From: Cellulosilyticum ruminicola JCM 14822
GTDB lineage: Bacteria; Bacillota; Clostridia; Lachnospirales; Cellulosilyticaceae
Assembly (NCBI RefSeq): GCF_001311925.1
Contig: NZ_BBCG01000003.1
Span: forward strand, 92,681 to 124,680
Length of the DNA stretch: 32,000 nt
Reading direction: 5' to 3'
Shown here: positions 8,476 to 17,885 of the stretch, in pieces
How positions within the stretch are numbered: position 1 is the stretch's first letter
Layout: each line of letters begins with the position of its first letter
Notes under the pieces: model-generated
Seen by the model: the letters and a program-made list of their open reading frames with translations, nothing else
Told to the model about the DNA's origin: nothing
The model's database searches: none
Made by a program: the position numbers and the translations under genes

Positions 8476-8673
8476 TTAAAATACAAACATTGTCTCCACC
8501 ACCTGAAAGAGCTGACCAACATGTTGCGCAACTATGTATAATGCCATTACAACGCCTACTAAGGTAATTGGCAAAATTACTTCATCAGCTCCTGCTTTTT
8601 TAAGCAATGTATTAATAAGTGTAATACATATACCAAGTCCTGCTAATTTAAAGATTACATAAATATCAAACAT
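8476..8673 (-). CDS. spoIIIAC: Stage III sporulation protein AC
   Basis: 65-aa two-helix protein starting MFDIYVIFKLAGLGI, which resembles the B. subtilis SpoIIIAC N-terminus. AGGGGGA Shine-Dalgarno sequence upstream of ATG 8673. The track ORF extends to 8700, but that upstream ATG has no ribosome-binding site. Confidence 0.82.
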   Translation of the reverse strand: MFDIYVIFKLAGLGICITLINTLLKKAGADEVILPITLVGVVMALYIVAQHVGQLFQVVETMFVF

Positions 8674-8700
8674 AATCTTCCCCCTATCTTCTAAAATCAT

Positions 8701-9225
8701 TTATATTAAAAAAATACTGATACAAGCTCCTATGAAAAAACCGATATACTTATTCACTATTGTTGTTTTTTCATAATGTCTTTTAGCTTCTATAACACTT
8801 ATTTTTAAAGCTTCTATCACCATCTCAATGTTTTTTTCTTGCATTTCTTTATCTAAGTACCCACATGCTTTGCCAAAACGTTCTAATCGTTCATAATCTT
8901 CATCATGCAAATACAAGCTGTTTTTTTGGCTACTTAACGCCTTCCCCCACATTTCTTCTACATCCCAACATTCTTTGTTTTCTAATTGAACTGCAAATAT
9001 TTTAAATATATCCCCAACTTCCTTTTTTGCAAAATGCAAGCTGTTTTTACAGGCTTCTTTTAAAGGTGAGAGTTGATAATCTATATCTCTTTTTATAATC
9101 TCAAATATATAAACAAAGTTTTCAAGTTCTTTAATTCGCTTTTTTTCCCTGGCATCTATAATGAACCCACTCATTGTACAGCCCAGCAATATAAAACAAA
9201 TACCTATGAACTTCATTTTAATCAC
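8701..9225 (-). CDS. spoIIIAB: Stage III sporulation protein AB
   Basis: 174 aa with an N-terminal transmembrane helix, a helical body (LENFVYIFEIIKRDIDYQLSPLKEA) and a C-terminal transmembrane helix. Position in the operon fits. Confidence 0.85.
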   Translation of the reverse strand: MIKMKFIGICFILLGCTMSGFIIDAREKKRIKELENFVYIFEIIKRDIDYQLSPLKEACKNSLHFAKKEVGDIFKIFAVQLENKECWDVEEMWGKALSSQKNSLYLHDEDYERLERFGKACGYLDKEMQEKNIEMVIEALKISVIEAKRHYEKTTIVNKYIGFFIGACISIFLI

Positions 9226-9242
9226 TCCCTCTTATGTCCATC

Positions 9243-10163
9243 TTAAAGTGTAATAATATTTTCAATCGTACATATTCCTCTTTTATGCGATAAAATGATA
9301 ACACGTTCAAATGCCCCTTCTTCAATTAACTTATTGATCAAAGTTTTTTTTCTACATTCTTCTAAGTCTCGTCCATGTACTGTGCATAAAATACTAACCC
9401 CTGCACATAACATTTCTTCTATGGCATAAACATCTTCTGTCTTACCTATTTCATCTACAGCTACCACATCCGGTCCCATAGCTCGAAGTAACATACGCAT
9501 TCCTTCTACTTTAGGACAATTATCCAGTATATCCGTTTGAGGCCCTAAATCATTTTGCGGTACGCCTAAATAACATGCCCCTATTTCAGAACGTTCATCT
9601 ACTACACCTACTGTATAAGGACCATACCCTGAAAACCCATAGCTTAACTGCCTAATCACATCTCTTAGGAGTGTTGTTTTTCCGCAGCCTGGCGGAGAGA
9701 CAATCAGTGTATGATAAACACCTTTTTTCCCCACAATATATGGCATAACCGAATTCGCACAGCCTACAACCTCATGCGCAATACGTATATTCATCCCACT
9801 AATATATTTAAGTGTTTTAATGCCTGCATGTTCAAGAACTGCCTTCCCTACAATTCCTATACGATGCCCCCCTTCAATAGTAATAAATCCTTGTCTTATT
9901 TCCTCCTCCATGGCATATAACGAGAACTCACTAATGCTTTTTAAAATCTGTTCAATATTTTCCCTTTTTACACGATAGCTTTCATGGATTGCTACTTTTC
10001 CCTTTTCATTTAATCCATATTGTTCTCCACCTATATGCAAAGTAATAGGCTGTCCTATTCTAAGTCTTATTTCCTGTAAACTATTAAATGTTTCAGCTGT
10101 AAGCATGCTAAGCATTTCTTTTAAAGGACTTGGCAACCTTCCGATAAACCTTTTTCTCTCCAT
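9243..10163 (-). CDS. spoIIIAA: Stage III sporulation protein AA (secretion-type AAA ATPase)
   Basis: 306 aa with Walker A SPPGCGKTTLLRD and Walker B VVAVDEIG. The N-terminus LPSPLKEMLS...EIRLRIGQP parallels B. subtilis SpoIIIAA. Confidence 0.92.
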   Translation of the reverse strand: MERKRFIGRLPSPLKEMLSMLTAETFNSLQEIRLRIGQPITLHIGGEQYGLNEKGKVAIHESYRVKRENIEQILKSISEFSLYAMEEEIRQGFITIEGGHRIGIVGKAVLEHAGIKTLKYISGMNIRIAHEVVGCANSVMPYIVGKKGVYHTLIVSPPGCGKTTLLRDVIRQLSYGFSGYGPYTVGVVDERSEIGACYLGVPQNDLGPQTDILDNCPKVEGMRMLLRAMGPDVVAVDEIGKTEDVYAIEEMLCAGVSILCTVHGRDLEECRKKTLINKLIEEGAFERVIILSHKRGICTIENIITL

Positions 10164-10221
10164 AACTTTTCCTCCTTTGTATCCTTGCGTTATTTTAATA
10201 TATGCACTTTAAGGACTAGCT

Positions 10222-10281
10222 AGAACAAAAAAGCATTTCCATGTATACTATGTTCTCATAGTCATACATGAAAATGCTTTT
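10222..10281 (-). terminator. Rho-independent terminator after the LtaS-like gene
   Basis: 17-bp stem with one mismatch, AAAAGCATTTCCATGTA (10229..10245) / TACATGAAAATGCTTTT (10265..10281). It begins 4 nt after the stop codon and is followed on the minus strand by TTTTTTG. Confidence 0.75.
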
Positions 10282-10284
10282 ACT

Positions 10285-12219
10285 TTATTCTTCATTTTCT
10301 ATCCCCTGTACAATCAGTTTGGTGGATTTATATAATGTATTTTTATTAGTCAAATATCCTTCACCTAGCACTAAATCATATCCTATTAAATTTAGCTTTT
10401 CATTATAATCTTGTTCATCTGTAAAACACTTTTGTGCACTTCCTATAATTCCTTTTGGCAAATGATACATTTCAAACAAACTAGGATACAAGGTATATGC
10501 TGCCCTTATCTCTGTTTTAGATACAATACCCTTTGGAATATCTTGATTACTTACAATAAAGTATGGCACTTCATATCTTGGATATGTGTCATCCATTGTA
10601 ATGACATCCATTGTTGGGATATGATCACCATAAACAACTAGTACTGTAGGTTCTTTATTTTCTTCTACAAACTTTATAAGTCTGCCAATCGTTTTATCTG
10701 TATCATGTAATCGATCTACATAATCTTGCACTTGATTGACTGCTGCTTTACTTATTACTGGCACAAGCATATCCAAGTCATTTAACTGTTCTTGACTCCT
10801 TACATTAACTTCTTTTTGCTTAGAAATATAATCATAATGATAACTTGAATGTGTCCCTACTGTTACAGCAAATATAAAACTAGGTTCAACACAGTTATTA
10901 ATCGTCTCTTTGATATATGGCAAGAATACCTCATCTTTAGGCCAATCCTGGGCATATGTTACATTTTTCATACCTTCTAATGGAATAAATTTTTCAAAAC
11001 CTAACTTATTATAATTTTCACTACGCTTATAAAAATTACTATTATTATTATGGATTGCTGTTGTATGATAACCTATTCCTCTTAAAAGCTGTGCTGCTGA
11101 TTCTAACGCCCTATCATCTAACTTACTACTTGTATAAGGTACTTCTGCTGGAAATAAATCTGAAATACGTATCCCCGTTAATATTTCAAATTCTGTTCTT
11201 GCAGTATTAATATCTGGCATTTTAAGAATGCCACCATTCTTTCCTTCTATATAAGGTCTCATATTCGGCACAGGGTCTTTATCATAACTCACACCTTTTA
11301 AACTATACGGATCAATGAAAGATTCTACTTGTAGAAAAATAATATTAGGCTTTATGCATTTTTCTTTTACTGGTTCTTCTTTCATTTGTGCTTTAATTTT
11401 TTCCTTAATCTCTCTTAAACTTTCTGCACTATAATCTTTAGGTTCATAAGCAATTTGACTTTCATAAGAAGCTAAGAAACTATATAAAAATCCATCTTCC
11501 TCATATTCCTTAGTCACATCTTCTGATTCCTTTTGCATATTAGCAGTTGTTCTGCCTATGAGTGTTACCTTCTGTGACATAGCTTCTAATTTCTCAATTT
11601 TTTCTTTAATCTCCTCTAAAGCAGATGGATTCTCACAAGCTGCCATTTCTTCAGTAGTCTCAATCCATATTTCATCAATACTCTCTGCAATAACATCTGC
11701 TTTTCCTACTTCTGTAATAGCTATTGTATTTAATAATGTCATAATCACAACAAAAGTAACAATTACTTTAGGACGATACAGCTCATGTTGTATCTTATAT
11801 GTTTTAGTCAAAAACAGTGTCATTCCTCCTAATAGTAATATAATAAGCACTACTAATGGCACTGAAACATACTTATTAGCAATGGTTAAACCATCTTTTA
11901 ATATAAAGAAATCTGCCCACCTTAAAGGTAAACCACGAATAACTAGCATTACACGATTTGTATAGGTAAGGATTATTAATGTAATGCTAAGTATATTAAA
12001 CACAAATAACATTTTATTAAACAATAAACAAGGTGCTGTCACAACTAATACAATCAAATAATTCATTAAAAATACATCCATATGTGTTAACAAATAACTA
12101 AAACACGTTTTTAAAGAAGTTGCACTAATACACTCTATTGTTATATATAATAATAAACTTAAACTCATCCATAGTTCTATACGTTCTTGATCATTTCTAT
12201 ACCTACTCTCCATATTCAC
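10285..12219 (-). CDS. LTA synthase / phosphoglycerol-transferase family membrane protein (sulfatase domain)
   Basis: 644 aa with about five N-terminal transmembrane helices, a charged linker, then a sulfatase-type domain (NIIFLQVESF ... GTHSSYHY ... VVYGDHIP). Confidence 0.8.
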   Translation of the reverse strand: MNMESRYRNDQERIELWMSLSLLLYITIECISATSLKTCFSYLLTHMDVFLMNYLIVLVVTAPCLLFNKMLFVFNILSITLIILTYTNRVMLVIRGLPLRWADFFILKDGLTIANKYVSVPLVVLIILLLGGMTLFLTKTYKIQHELYRPKVIVTFVVIMTLLNTIAITEVGKADVIAESIDEIWIETTEEMAACENPSALEEIKEKIEKLEAMSQKVTLIGRTTANMQKESEDVTKEYEEDGFLYSFLASYESQIAYEPKDYSAESLREIKEKIKAQMKEEPVKEKCIKPNIIFLQVESFIDPYSLKGVSYDKDPVPNMRPYIEGKNGGILKMPDINTARTEFEILTGIRISDLFPAEVPYTSSKLDDRALESAAQLLRGIGYHTTAIHNNNSNFYKRSENYNKLGFEKFIPLEGMKNVTYAQDWPKDEVFLPYIKETINNCVEPSFIFAVTVGTHSSYHYDYISKQKEVNVRSQEQLNDLDMLVPVISKAAVNQVQDYVDRLHDTDKTIGRLIKFVEENKEPTVLVVYGDHIPTMDVITMDDTYPRYEVPYFIVSNQDIPKGIVSKTEIRAAYTLYPSLFEMYHLPKGIIGSAQKCFTDEQDYNEKLNLIGYDLVLGEGYLTNKNTLYKSTKLIVQGIENEE

Positions 12220-12298
12220 ACTCCTCTGATGTACGATGAGCTGTACTTAGTTTACTTCATATAAAAGTATGATAAGTAAAACTTTTACAATTTAATAC

Positions 12299-12327
12299 AA
12301 AAAAACAGCAAGTAAGTACCTGCTGCC
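12299..12327 (-). terminator. Rho-independent terminator after efp
   Basis: The minus strand reads CAGCAGGTACTTACTTGCTG, a hairpin of about 8 bp including one G-U pair, followed by TTTTTTT. It lies about 10 nt after the efp stop. Confidence 0.7.
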
Positions 12328-12335
12328 TTTTGAGA

Positions 12336-12893
12336 TTATGCTCTACCTGTATATTCACCTGTACGTGTATCGATACGGATTTTTTCACCTTGGTTAATGA
12401 ATAATGGTACCATTACTCTAGCACCTGTTTCAACGATTGCTGGTTTTGTAGCACCTTGTGCTGTATCACCTTTGATACCTGGTTCTGTTTCAGTGATTTC
12501 AAGTTCTACTGAAAGTGGTGGTTCAATTGCAAATACGCTACCTTGATGAGAAGCAATTTTAACCATTTCATTTTCTCTAACGAATTTTAAGCTATCGCCA
12601 ACTGTATCAGCGTCAACTGCGATTTGGTCATAAGTATTAACATCCATAAAGTGATATAATTCACCATCTGAATATAAATATTGCATATCTTTACGTTCGA
12701 TATGAGCTTTTGGCATTTTTTCAGTTGGACGGAAAGTTTTTTCTACTACCCCACCTGTTTTAATATTTTTAATTTTACAACGTACGAAAGCCGCACCTTT
12801 ACCTGGTTTTACATGTTGGAATTCAATAATTTGATAAATATTACCTTCCATTTCGAAAGTAATACCATTTCTAAAATCACCTGCTGAAATCAT
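12336..12893 (-). CDS. efp: Translation elongation factor P
   Basis: 185 aa starting [10 protein letters not shown]...[19 protein letters not shown]...[11 protein letters not shown], collinear with Bacillus EF-P. AGGAGG lies 7 nt upstream of ATG 12893. The longer track ORF (to 12920) adds 9 residues that are not conserved. Confidence 0.95.
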   Translation of the reverse strand: MISAGDFRNGITFEMEGNIYQIIEFQHVKPGKGAAFVRCKIKNIKTGGVVEKTFRPTEKMPKAHIERKDMQYLYSDGELYHFMDVNTYDQIAVDADTVGDSLKFVRENEMVKIASHQGSVFAIEPPLSVELEITETEPGIKGDTAQGATKPAIVETGARVMVPLFINQGEKIRIDTRTGEYTGRA

Positions 12894-12978
12894 TACATTT
12901 CCTCCTAATATTCTTTTCACATATAGTGTAAACTACATTGTTATAATTTTCAACGATTTTTTTACGCTTACTTAATAA

Positions 12979-14049
12979 TTATAAGGTCTTTGGCGAATGT
13001 GTTATATTTAAAATACCATTTTCTGTCACAATCACCAAATCTTCAATCCTTACTCCCCCAAAGCCTGGCACATAAATACCTGGTTCTACAGTTATTACCA
13101 TTCCTGGCTCAATAATTGTTTTTTCTGCTGGAGAAAATCTTGGATTTTCATGAATATCAATTCCCACCGAATGACCAAGTCCATGTCCAAAGAGTTCGCC
13201 ATAACCTGCTTCAATAATAATATCTCTTGCCACTTTGTCTACAGCTAAACCTTGAATTCCAGGTTTAATAGCATCAAGTGCTGCAAGTTGTGCCTTTAAT
13301 ACTGTATTATAAATTTCAAGATGTTTAGCAGTAGGTTCACCTATTACAATTGTACGTGTCATATCTGAGCAATAACCTTCATAAATACATCCAAAATCCA
13401 TTACCAAGAAATCGCCTTCTTTAAGTGTTTCATTACCTGGCACAGCATGTGGTAGAGATGATTTTGCACCAGCTGCTACAATAGAATCAAATGAAGTACC
13501 TGATGCACCATTTGTACGCATAATACGCTCAATTTCTAAAGCAATATCTGTTTCTGTAATCCCTTCTCTCCAGTGTGCTTCGATATATGAAATAACGCCT
13601 TCAAATGCTAAATCACCAATATGCTCTGCTTTTGTTAATTTAGCAAGCTCATCCGCATCTTTTATTTGTCTTGCTTCTTCTACAAGTTTATTTGTTGGTA
13701 CAAATTCAAATGCTGTTTTTTTAGTAAGCTCTACATATGTGTTATACACTGTATGTTCACTTTCAAAACCAATGCGTTTAGCACCCTCTTCTTGTGCCAA
13801 TTTAAGTGCTGATTCAATTAGTCCTAGGGTACCTTGATTTAAGCTTTCAAAATGTTTACATTGTATGCCCACTTGTTCCATATAGCGAAAATCCGTAATA
13901 ATTACTTGACGTTTTTCTGAAATGTAAAGTAGTGCACTAGATCCTGTAAATCCACTTAAATACATACGATTTGCTTTGCTTCCAACAAGCATAGCATCTA
14001 AATTTAATGCTTTCATTTTACTTAATAAAGCTTGTATTCTTTTTTCCAT
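12979..14049 (-). CDS. M24 family Xaa-Pro aminopeptidase/dipeptidase (YqhT/PepP-like)
   Basis: 356 aa with a creatinase-like N-domain and M24 metal-binding motifs (DFGCIYEGYCSDMTRT, HGLGHSVGIDIHE, EPGIY, RIED). It sits upstream of efp, as in Bacillus. Confidence 0.9.
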   Translation of the reverse strand: MEKRIQALLSKMKALNLDAMLVGSKANRMYLSGFTGSSALLYISEKRQVIITDFRYMEQVGIQCKHFESLNQGTLGLIESALKLAQEEGAKRIGFESEHTVYNTYVELTKKTAFEFVPTNKLVEEARQIKDADELAKLTKAEHIGDLAFEGVISYIEAHWREGITETDIALEIERIMRTNGASGTSFDSIVAAGAKSSLPHAVPGNETLKEGDFLVMDFGCIYEGYCSDMTRTIVIGEPTAKHLEIYNTVLKAQLAALDAIKPGIQGLAVDKVARDIIIEAGYGELFGHGLGHSVGIDIHENPRFSPAEKTIIEPGMVITVEPGIYVPGFGGVRIEDLVIVTENGILNITHSPKTL

Positions 14050-14242
14050 CTTATATGCTCCTTCATGCTACATTTTCTGTCATAATGCTGTTAATGTTTT
14101 TTATAGCATTAATATTATAATATACTTTGCTATAATATGTAATTATTTTCTAATAAATAATTTGTATCTGATTCAAAAAATTATTCTACACATTATTAAA
14201 CACAGTATATTATATTTATCTTTAAAATTTACGAAGTATTTA

Positions 14243-14743
14243 TTATACTATTTTAATATGTTCTAAGATTTCATCTACTAATTGTATTACAGACTTATTT
14301 TCGCATAAAATTCTTATCTTACTTGCTGCTTCATACAATACTTGGCGGCTTTTATAACGAGCATGAACTTCCTCATAACTTGTTACAAGTGGTCTAGCCT
14401 TATCACTAGCAATACGCTCATAAAGCGTGTCAAATTCCCAATTTAAATAAACAGTATTGTTTTTTACAAGCATTTCTATGTTTTCAGGCGTTACAACCAC
14501 ACCACCACCTGTTGAAATAATCGTTTTGGGCTCCTCAAGTACTTTACTAAGATATTGTGTTTCCAATCTTCTAAAATAACCTTCCCCTTTTTCAGCAAAA
14601 ATATTTGCAATAGAGTTTTTTTCACCTTTTACAATTTCTGCATCTAGATCAACCCAATTCCAACCCATTTTTTTAGCTAAAGCCTCTCCAACAGTTGTTT
14701 TTCCACTTCCCATAAAACCAATTAAACATATTGTCTCTCCCAT
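14243..14743 (-). CDS. aroK: Shikimate kinase
   Basis: 166 aa with Walker A GFMGSGKTTVG, plus DLD and STGGG motifs. Its start overlaps the preceding pilin-like gene by 22 nt. Confidence 0.92.
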   Translation of the reverse strand: MGETICLIGFMGSGKTTVGEALAKKMGWNWVDLDAEIVKGEKNSIANIFAEKGEGYFRRLETQYLSKVLEEPKTIISTGGGVVVTPENIEMLVKNNTVYLNWEFDTLYERIASDKARPLVTSYEEVHARYKSRQVLYEAASKIRILCENKSVIQLVDEILEHIKIV

Positions 14744-15207
14744 GTGTTACCTCTTTTATCTTCTTTATAATAAACTGTTACTTTTCCTGTTGCAACACGT
14801 ACGGTAATACGTGCTTCTTGATTTAAACTTGTATGCTTTAATACAATTGTTCCTGCTTTAGAAGGTGCCATTTTACCATAAAATTTAATATTTTTTCCTG
14901 TCATTAATTGACCTTGGTCGTCTCTTATAGAAACCTTTGTACCTCCTTGAACTACTATTTTATAAAAAGCCGGTTCGTTACCTTGCCTTAGATAAATCTT
15001 ATTTTCCATACAATAAATATTGTATTGTCTGCCTGTCATAACACTACATTGTTGTATTTCTCTAACACCTTGAACCACTTCATTTACAACACTTTCAAAT
15101 TGTAATCTCTGCACACGTTTTATACCCATTTTAACTGATAAACTCATTATACTTATTAAAAAAATAACTAGAATTAATTCTAAAAAAGAAAAACCTCGCT
15201 GATTCAC
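14722..15207 (-). CDS. Type IV prepilin-like protein (pseudopilin, GspH/FimT-like size)
   Basis: 161 aa with a class III signal, MNQRG|FSFLELILVIFLISIMS (Gly -1, Phe +1, Glu +5). The GTG start overlaps the aroE TAG stop (TAGTG), and the 3' end overlaps the aroK start. Confidence 0.8.
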   Translation of the reverse strand: MNQRGFSFLELILVIFLISIMSLSVKMGIKRVQRLQFESVVNEVVQGVREIQQCSVMTGRQYNIYCMENKIYLRQGNEPAFYKIVVQGGTKVSIRDDQGQLMTGKNIKFYGKMAPSKAGTIVLKHTSLNQEARITVRVATGKVTVYYKEDKRGNTWERQYV

Positions 15208-16070
15208 TATTGCTCCCTATCTTTTAAAAGCTCCTGCTTGATTTGAAGAACAGCTTCTTTATCACAACTCATATGATGCATTAATTCATAGGCAATAACT
15301 GCTTGATAATATAACATACCAAACCCATTAACTGTAATACACCCTTCCTTTCTCGCTGTTTCTAGAAATTTGGTTTCCCAAGGCTCATAAATTAAATCTA
15401 CTGCAACCTCAGCTGTTTTAAGTAGTTTCTCACTACATTTAGGCATTTGACCTTTTAATCCGCCCATGCCTAAACCAGTAGTTTGAATTACCATATATGC
15501 TTCTAGTTCTAAATCTTCGGCATCTTCATATACAAAAGTTGGTATATTATAGTAATTGGTCATATGTGTTTTTAAAGCTTCTGCTTTTTCTTTTGTACGA
15601 TTTACAATACAAATTGATTCACATGTATCAGCTACTGCTGTATAAGCTGCATAAGCTGCACCTCCACTTCCTATTATTACCACTTTTTTACCAGTCCATT
15701 CAATTCCTTTTTCTTTTAAAGAAAGAGCTAATCCTTCTGCATCTGTATTATGCCCTATGTAGCCTTCATTGGTATATACCAGTGTATTAATTGCACCTAC
15801 AGTATTTGCCTCTTTTGAAACCTCTATAACGTATTTAAACATTTCTTGTTTATGCGGCATCGTTACATTAAGTCCTTTAATCCCTAAAGCATGCGCTCCA
15901 CTTACTGCTGTTTTTAAATTTTCCTTTGTAACACAAAAGGGCACATATACTGCCCTTTGCCCTAATTTTTCTGATAATGTATTGTGAATAAGTGGTGACA
16001 ATGTATGTGCAATAGGATCTCCTATTACACCGCATACATTATCACTTCCCTTTATATAATTTTCTCTCAT
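15207..16070 (-). CDS. aroE: Shikimate 5-dehydrogenase
   Basis: 287 aa with GVIGDPIAHTLSPLIHN, NVTMPHK, NTD and a GSGGAAYA Rossmann motif. Confidence 0.93.
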   Translation of the reverse strand: MRENYIKGSDNVCGVIGDPIAHTLSPLIHNTLSEKLGQRAVYVPFCVTKENLKTAVSGAHALGIKGLNVTMPHKQEMFKYVIEVSKEANTVGAINTLVYTNEGYIGHNTDAEGLALSLKEKGIEWTGKKVVIIGSGGAAYAAYTAVADTCESICIVNRTKEKAEALKTHMTNYYNIPTFVYEDAEDLELEAYMVIQTTGLGMGGLKGQMPKCSEKLLKTAEVAVDLIYEPWETKFLETARKEGCITVNGFGMLYYQAVIAYELMHHMSCDKEAVLQIKQELLKDREQ

Positions 16071-16569
16071 AGGATCTAATCACCCTTTTTTCTATTCCTC
16101 TTTTAATTTTTGTCTTCCATTCATCTTTATCACTTACTGGTTTCACTAAAATTGTTTGAATGCCTACTAGATTACCACCATAAACATCTGTAAAAATTTG
16201 ATCACCTACAATAACAGCTTCTTCTTTTTTACAAGCCATTAAATGAAGCGCTTTTCTAAAACCTTTTCCTAATGGTTTTTGTGATTCATGAATTGCAATA
16301 ACTTTTAACTTTTCATTAAATTTCATCACACGATCCTTCGTATTATTTGAAACTAATGTAATTTTAAATCCCTCTTCTTGCAATTTAGCAAAAAATTCTA
16401 CAATCTCATCTGTTGGATGTACTACATCATATGGCACAAGTGTATTATCTATATCAAAGATAATTCCTTTAATCCCTTTTTGTTTTAGTCCTTCGACATC
16501 CATATCAAAAATTGATGCAATATACGCTGTTGGGTATAACTTTTTAATCATTGTGAGCCTCTTTTTCAA
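16042..16569 (-). CDS. yqeG: YqeG-family HAD superfamily phosphatase
   Basis: 175 aa with FDIDNTLV, LVSNN and VGDQIFTDVYGGN motifs. It lies upstream of aroE, as in B. subtilis (yqeG ... aroD). Confidence 0.88.
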   Translation of the reverse strand: MKKRLTMIKKLYPTAYIASIFDMDVEGLKQKGIKGIIFDIDNTLVPYDVVHPTDEIVEFFAKLQEEGFKITLVSNNTKDRVMKFNEKLKVIAIHESQKPLGKGFRKALHLMACKKEEAVIVGDQIFTDVYGGNLVGIQTILVKPVSDKDEWKTKIKRGIEKRVIRSYERKLYKGK

Positions 16570-16576
16570 TTACTTT

Positions 16577-17872
16577 CTAGTTATCTTCATTCTCACTAGG
16601 ATATAAATACTTATTTTCATTAAGCTTCTCATTATATTCTTCCTCAGTGAGCAATTCCATATTCATAAATGTGATAAACTCAATGTTCCCATCATCCATG
16701 CCTACAAAATACTTATAATTATAATATACTATTTCATTATTGCTTAGTAAAGCTTTAATTGACATACTCGTTACAAAACGAGGTTGCATTTTTGTGCTAT
16801 ATCTACTGGACATCACACAAATGGCCCCTGGCATAATTTCTAACTTTACAATGTTATCTTTATACGGACTTACTTCTGACATAAATATCTTCTTATAAGT
16901 TTGCTGATCTATTATAAAGTCATTTTCAAGGCCAATCTCACTTAACACATCATAACATATATGCTCATCTACCTTCTGAGCATCACACAGTTTATTAAAA
17001 AATGTCTTATCTACTTTCATTAATTTTGTAAATACTCTTTTGAGACGACCTTCTTCTTTTGAACTTACCTGATCATAATAGGGTAACCTTTTAGCATGCT
17101 GCATATTTATGATATTCACACGACTTTTGCCTTCACATAACAGTACATTTGCTTCTTCTATGCTTTTAATTTGAAGTGCTTTTATTTGAAGCACTTCAAC
17201 CCAATATTTTTGTCTTATTTTAATTTGATCTCTCTCTCCTTTTTCCATATTTCTTGCATATGTATAATCATTTTTACTAGGATATTCTTTCTCTAAATCA
17301 AGCCTTCTATTATTAGCTTTGTCTTGAATTTTAACATAATATTCTACTTCATCTTTCCAAGTATAATTTTCTAAAAATAATGCTATAGGTTCCACATCTT
17401 GCAATAATGTTATACTCACTTCATAAACTATACTTTCTTCTTTATAATCTATTGGCTTAGTTTCCAAATCTATTACTTGTGAATTATCACAAGTTACATA
17501 TTCATCAATCAATACCTTTCTGGGCAATTGTAACTTCTCTTTCAAATATTGTTGTTCTAATTTCACCAAAGCCTCTTTTGCTAAATAGCTCCCCAATCTC
17601 TCTTTGATGATTTTTTGATAGTTCTTTAAATGACTAGCATATTGACTCTGATTTTGCTTATAAGTTTTATTAAGTTCTAAAATTTCATCCTCAGTAAACG
17701 AAAAATATTGTTTAAAAAACTTTTCAAACTGCGATTTATCAGGTTTGTCAATTAACGTACACGCCTGATTTTCTATAAGAGGCGTAGGTGTTACTAAAAG
17801 TGTTTCATACTTTCCACACCCACTTATACATATTAATATCATAAATAAGCTCATACATTTTATCCGCTTCAC
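16577..17872 (-). CDS. Hypothetical lipoprotein, last gene of the pilus block
   Basis: 431 aa. GTG start 6 nt after AAGGGGGAG. Signal peptide with lipobox LICISG|C. No family recognised by eye. It starts 13 nt after the preceding gene and ends 7 nt before yqeG. Confidence 0.6.
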   Translation of the reverse strand: MKRIKCMSLFMILICISGCGKYETLLVTPTPLIENQACTLIDKPDKSQFEKFFKQYFSFTEDEILELNKTYKQNQSQYASHLKNYQKIIKERLGSYLAKEALVKLEQQYLKEKLQLPRKVLIDEYVTCDNSQVIDLETKPIDYKEESIVYEVSITLLQDVEPIALFLENYTWKDEVEYYVKIQDKANNRRLDLEKEYPSKNDYTYARNMEKGERDQIKIRQKYWVEVLQIKALQIKSIEEANVLLCEGKSRVNIINMQHAKRLPYYDQVSSKEEGRLKRVFTKLMKVDKTFFNKLCDAQKVDEHICYDVLSEIGLENDFIIDQQTYKKIFMSEVSPYKDNIVKLEIMPGAICVMSSRYSTKMQPRFVTSMSIKALLSNNEIVYYNYKYFVGMDDGNIEFITFMNMELLTEEEYNEKLNENKYLYPSENEDN

Positions 17873-17885
17873 CTATGACTCCCCC

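Noticed and set aside
8674-8700. Longer SpoIIIAC start (MILEDRGKI...)
   Set aside because: The extra residues are not conserved, and the downstream ATG at 8673 has an AGGGGGA Shine-Dalgarno sequence and matches the family N-terminus.
10164-10228. Sigma-E-like promoter match upstream of spoIIIAA (ATATATT - about 13 nt - GATACAAA on the minus strand)
   Set aside because: The -10-like element ends only about 2 nt before the GGAGG Shine-Dalgarno sequence. The predicted start site would fall inside or after the ribosome-binding site and leave a leader of about 10 nt or less. The N-terminal alignment with Bacillus SpoIIIAA supports the ATG at 10163, so the geometry does not work. The real sporulation promoter cannot be pinned down by eye.
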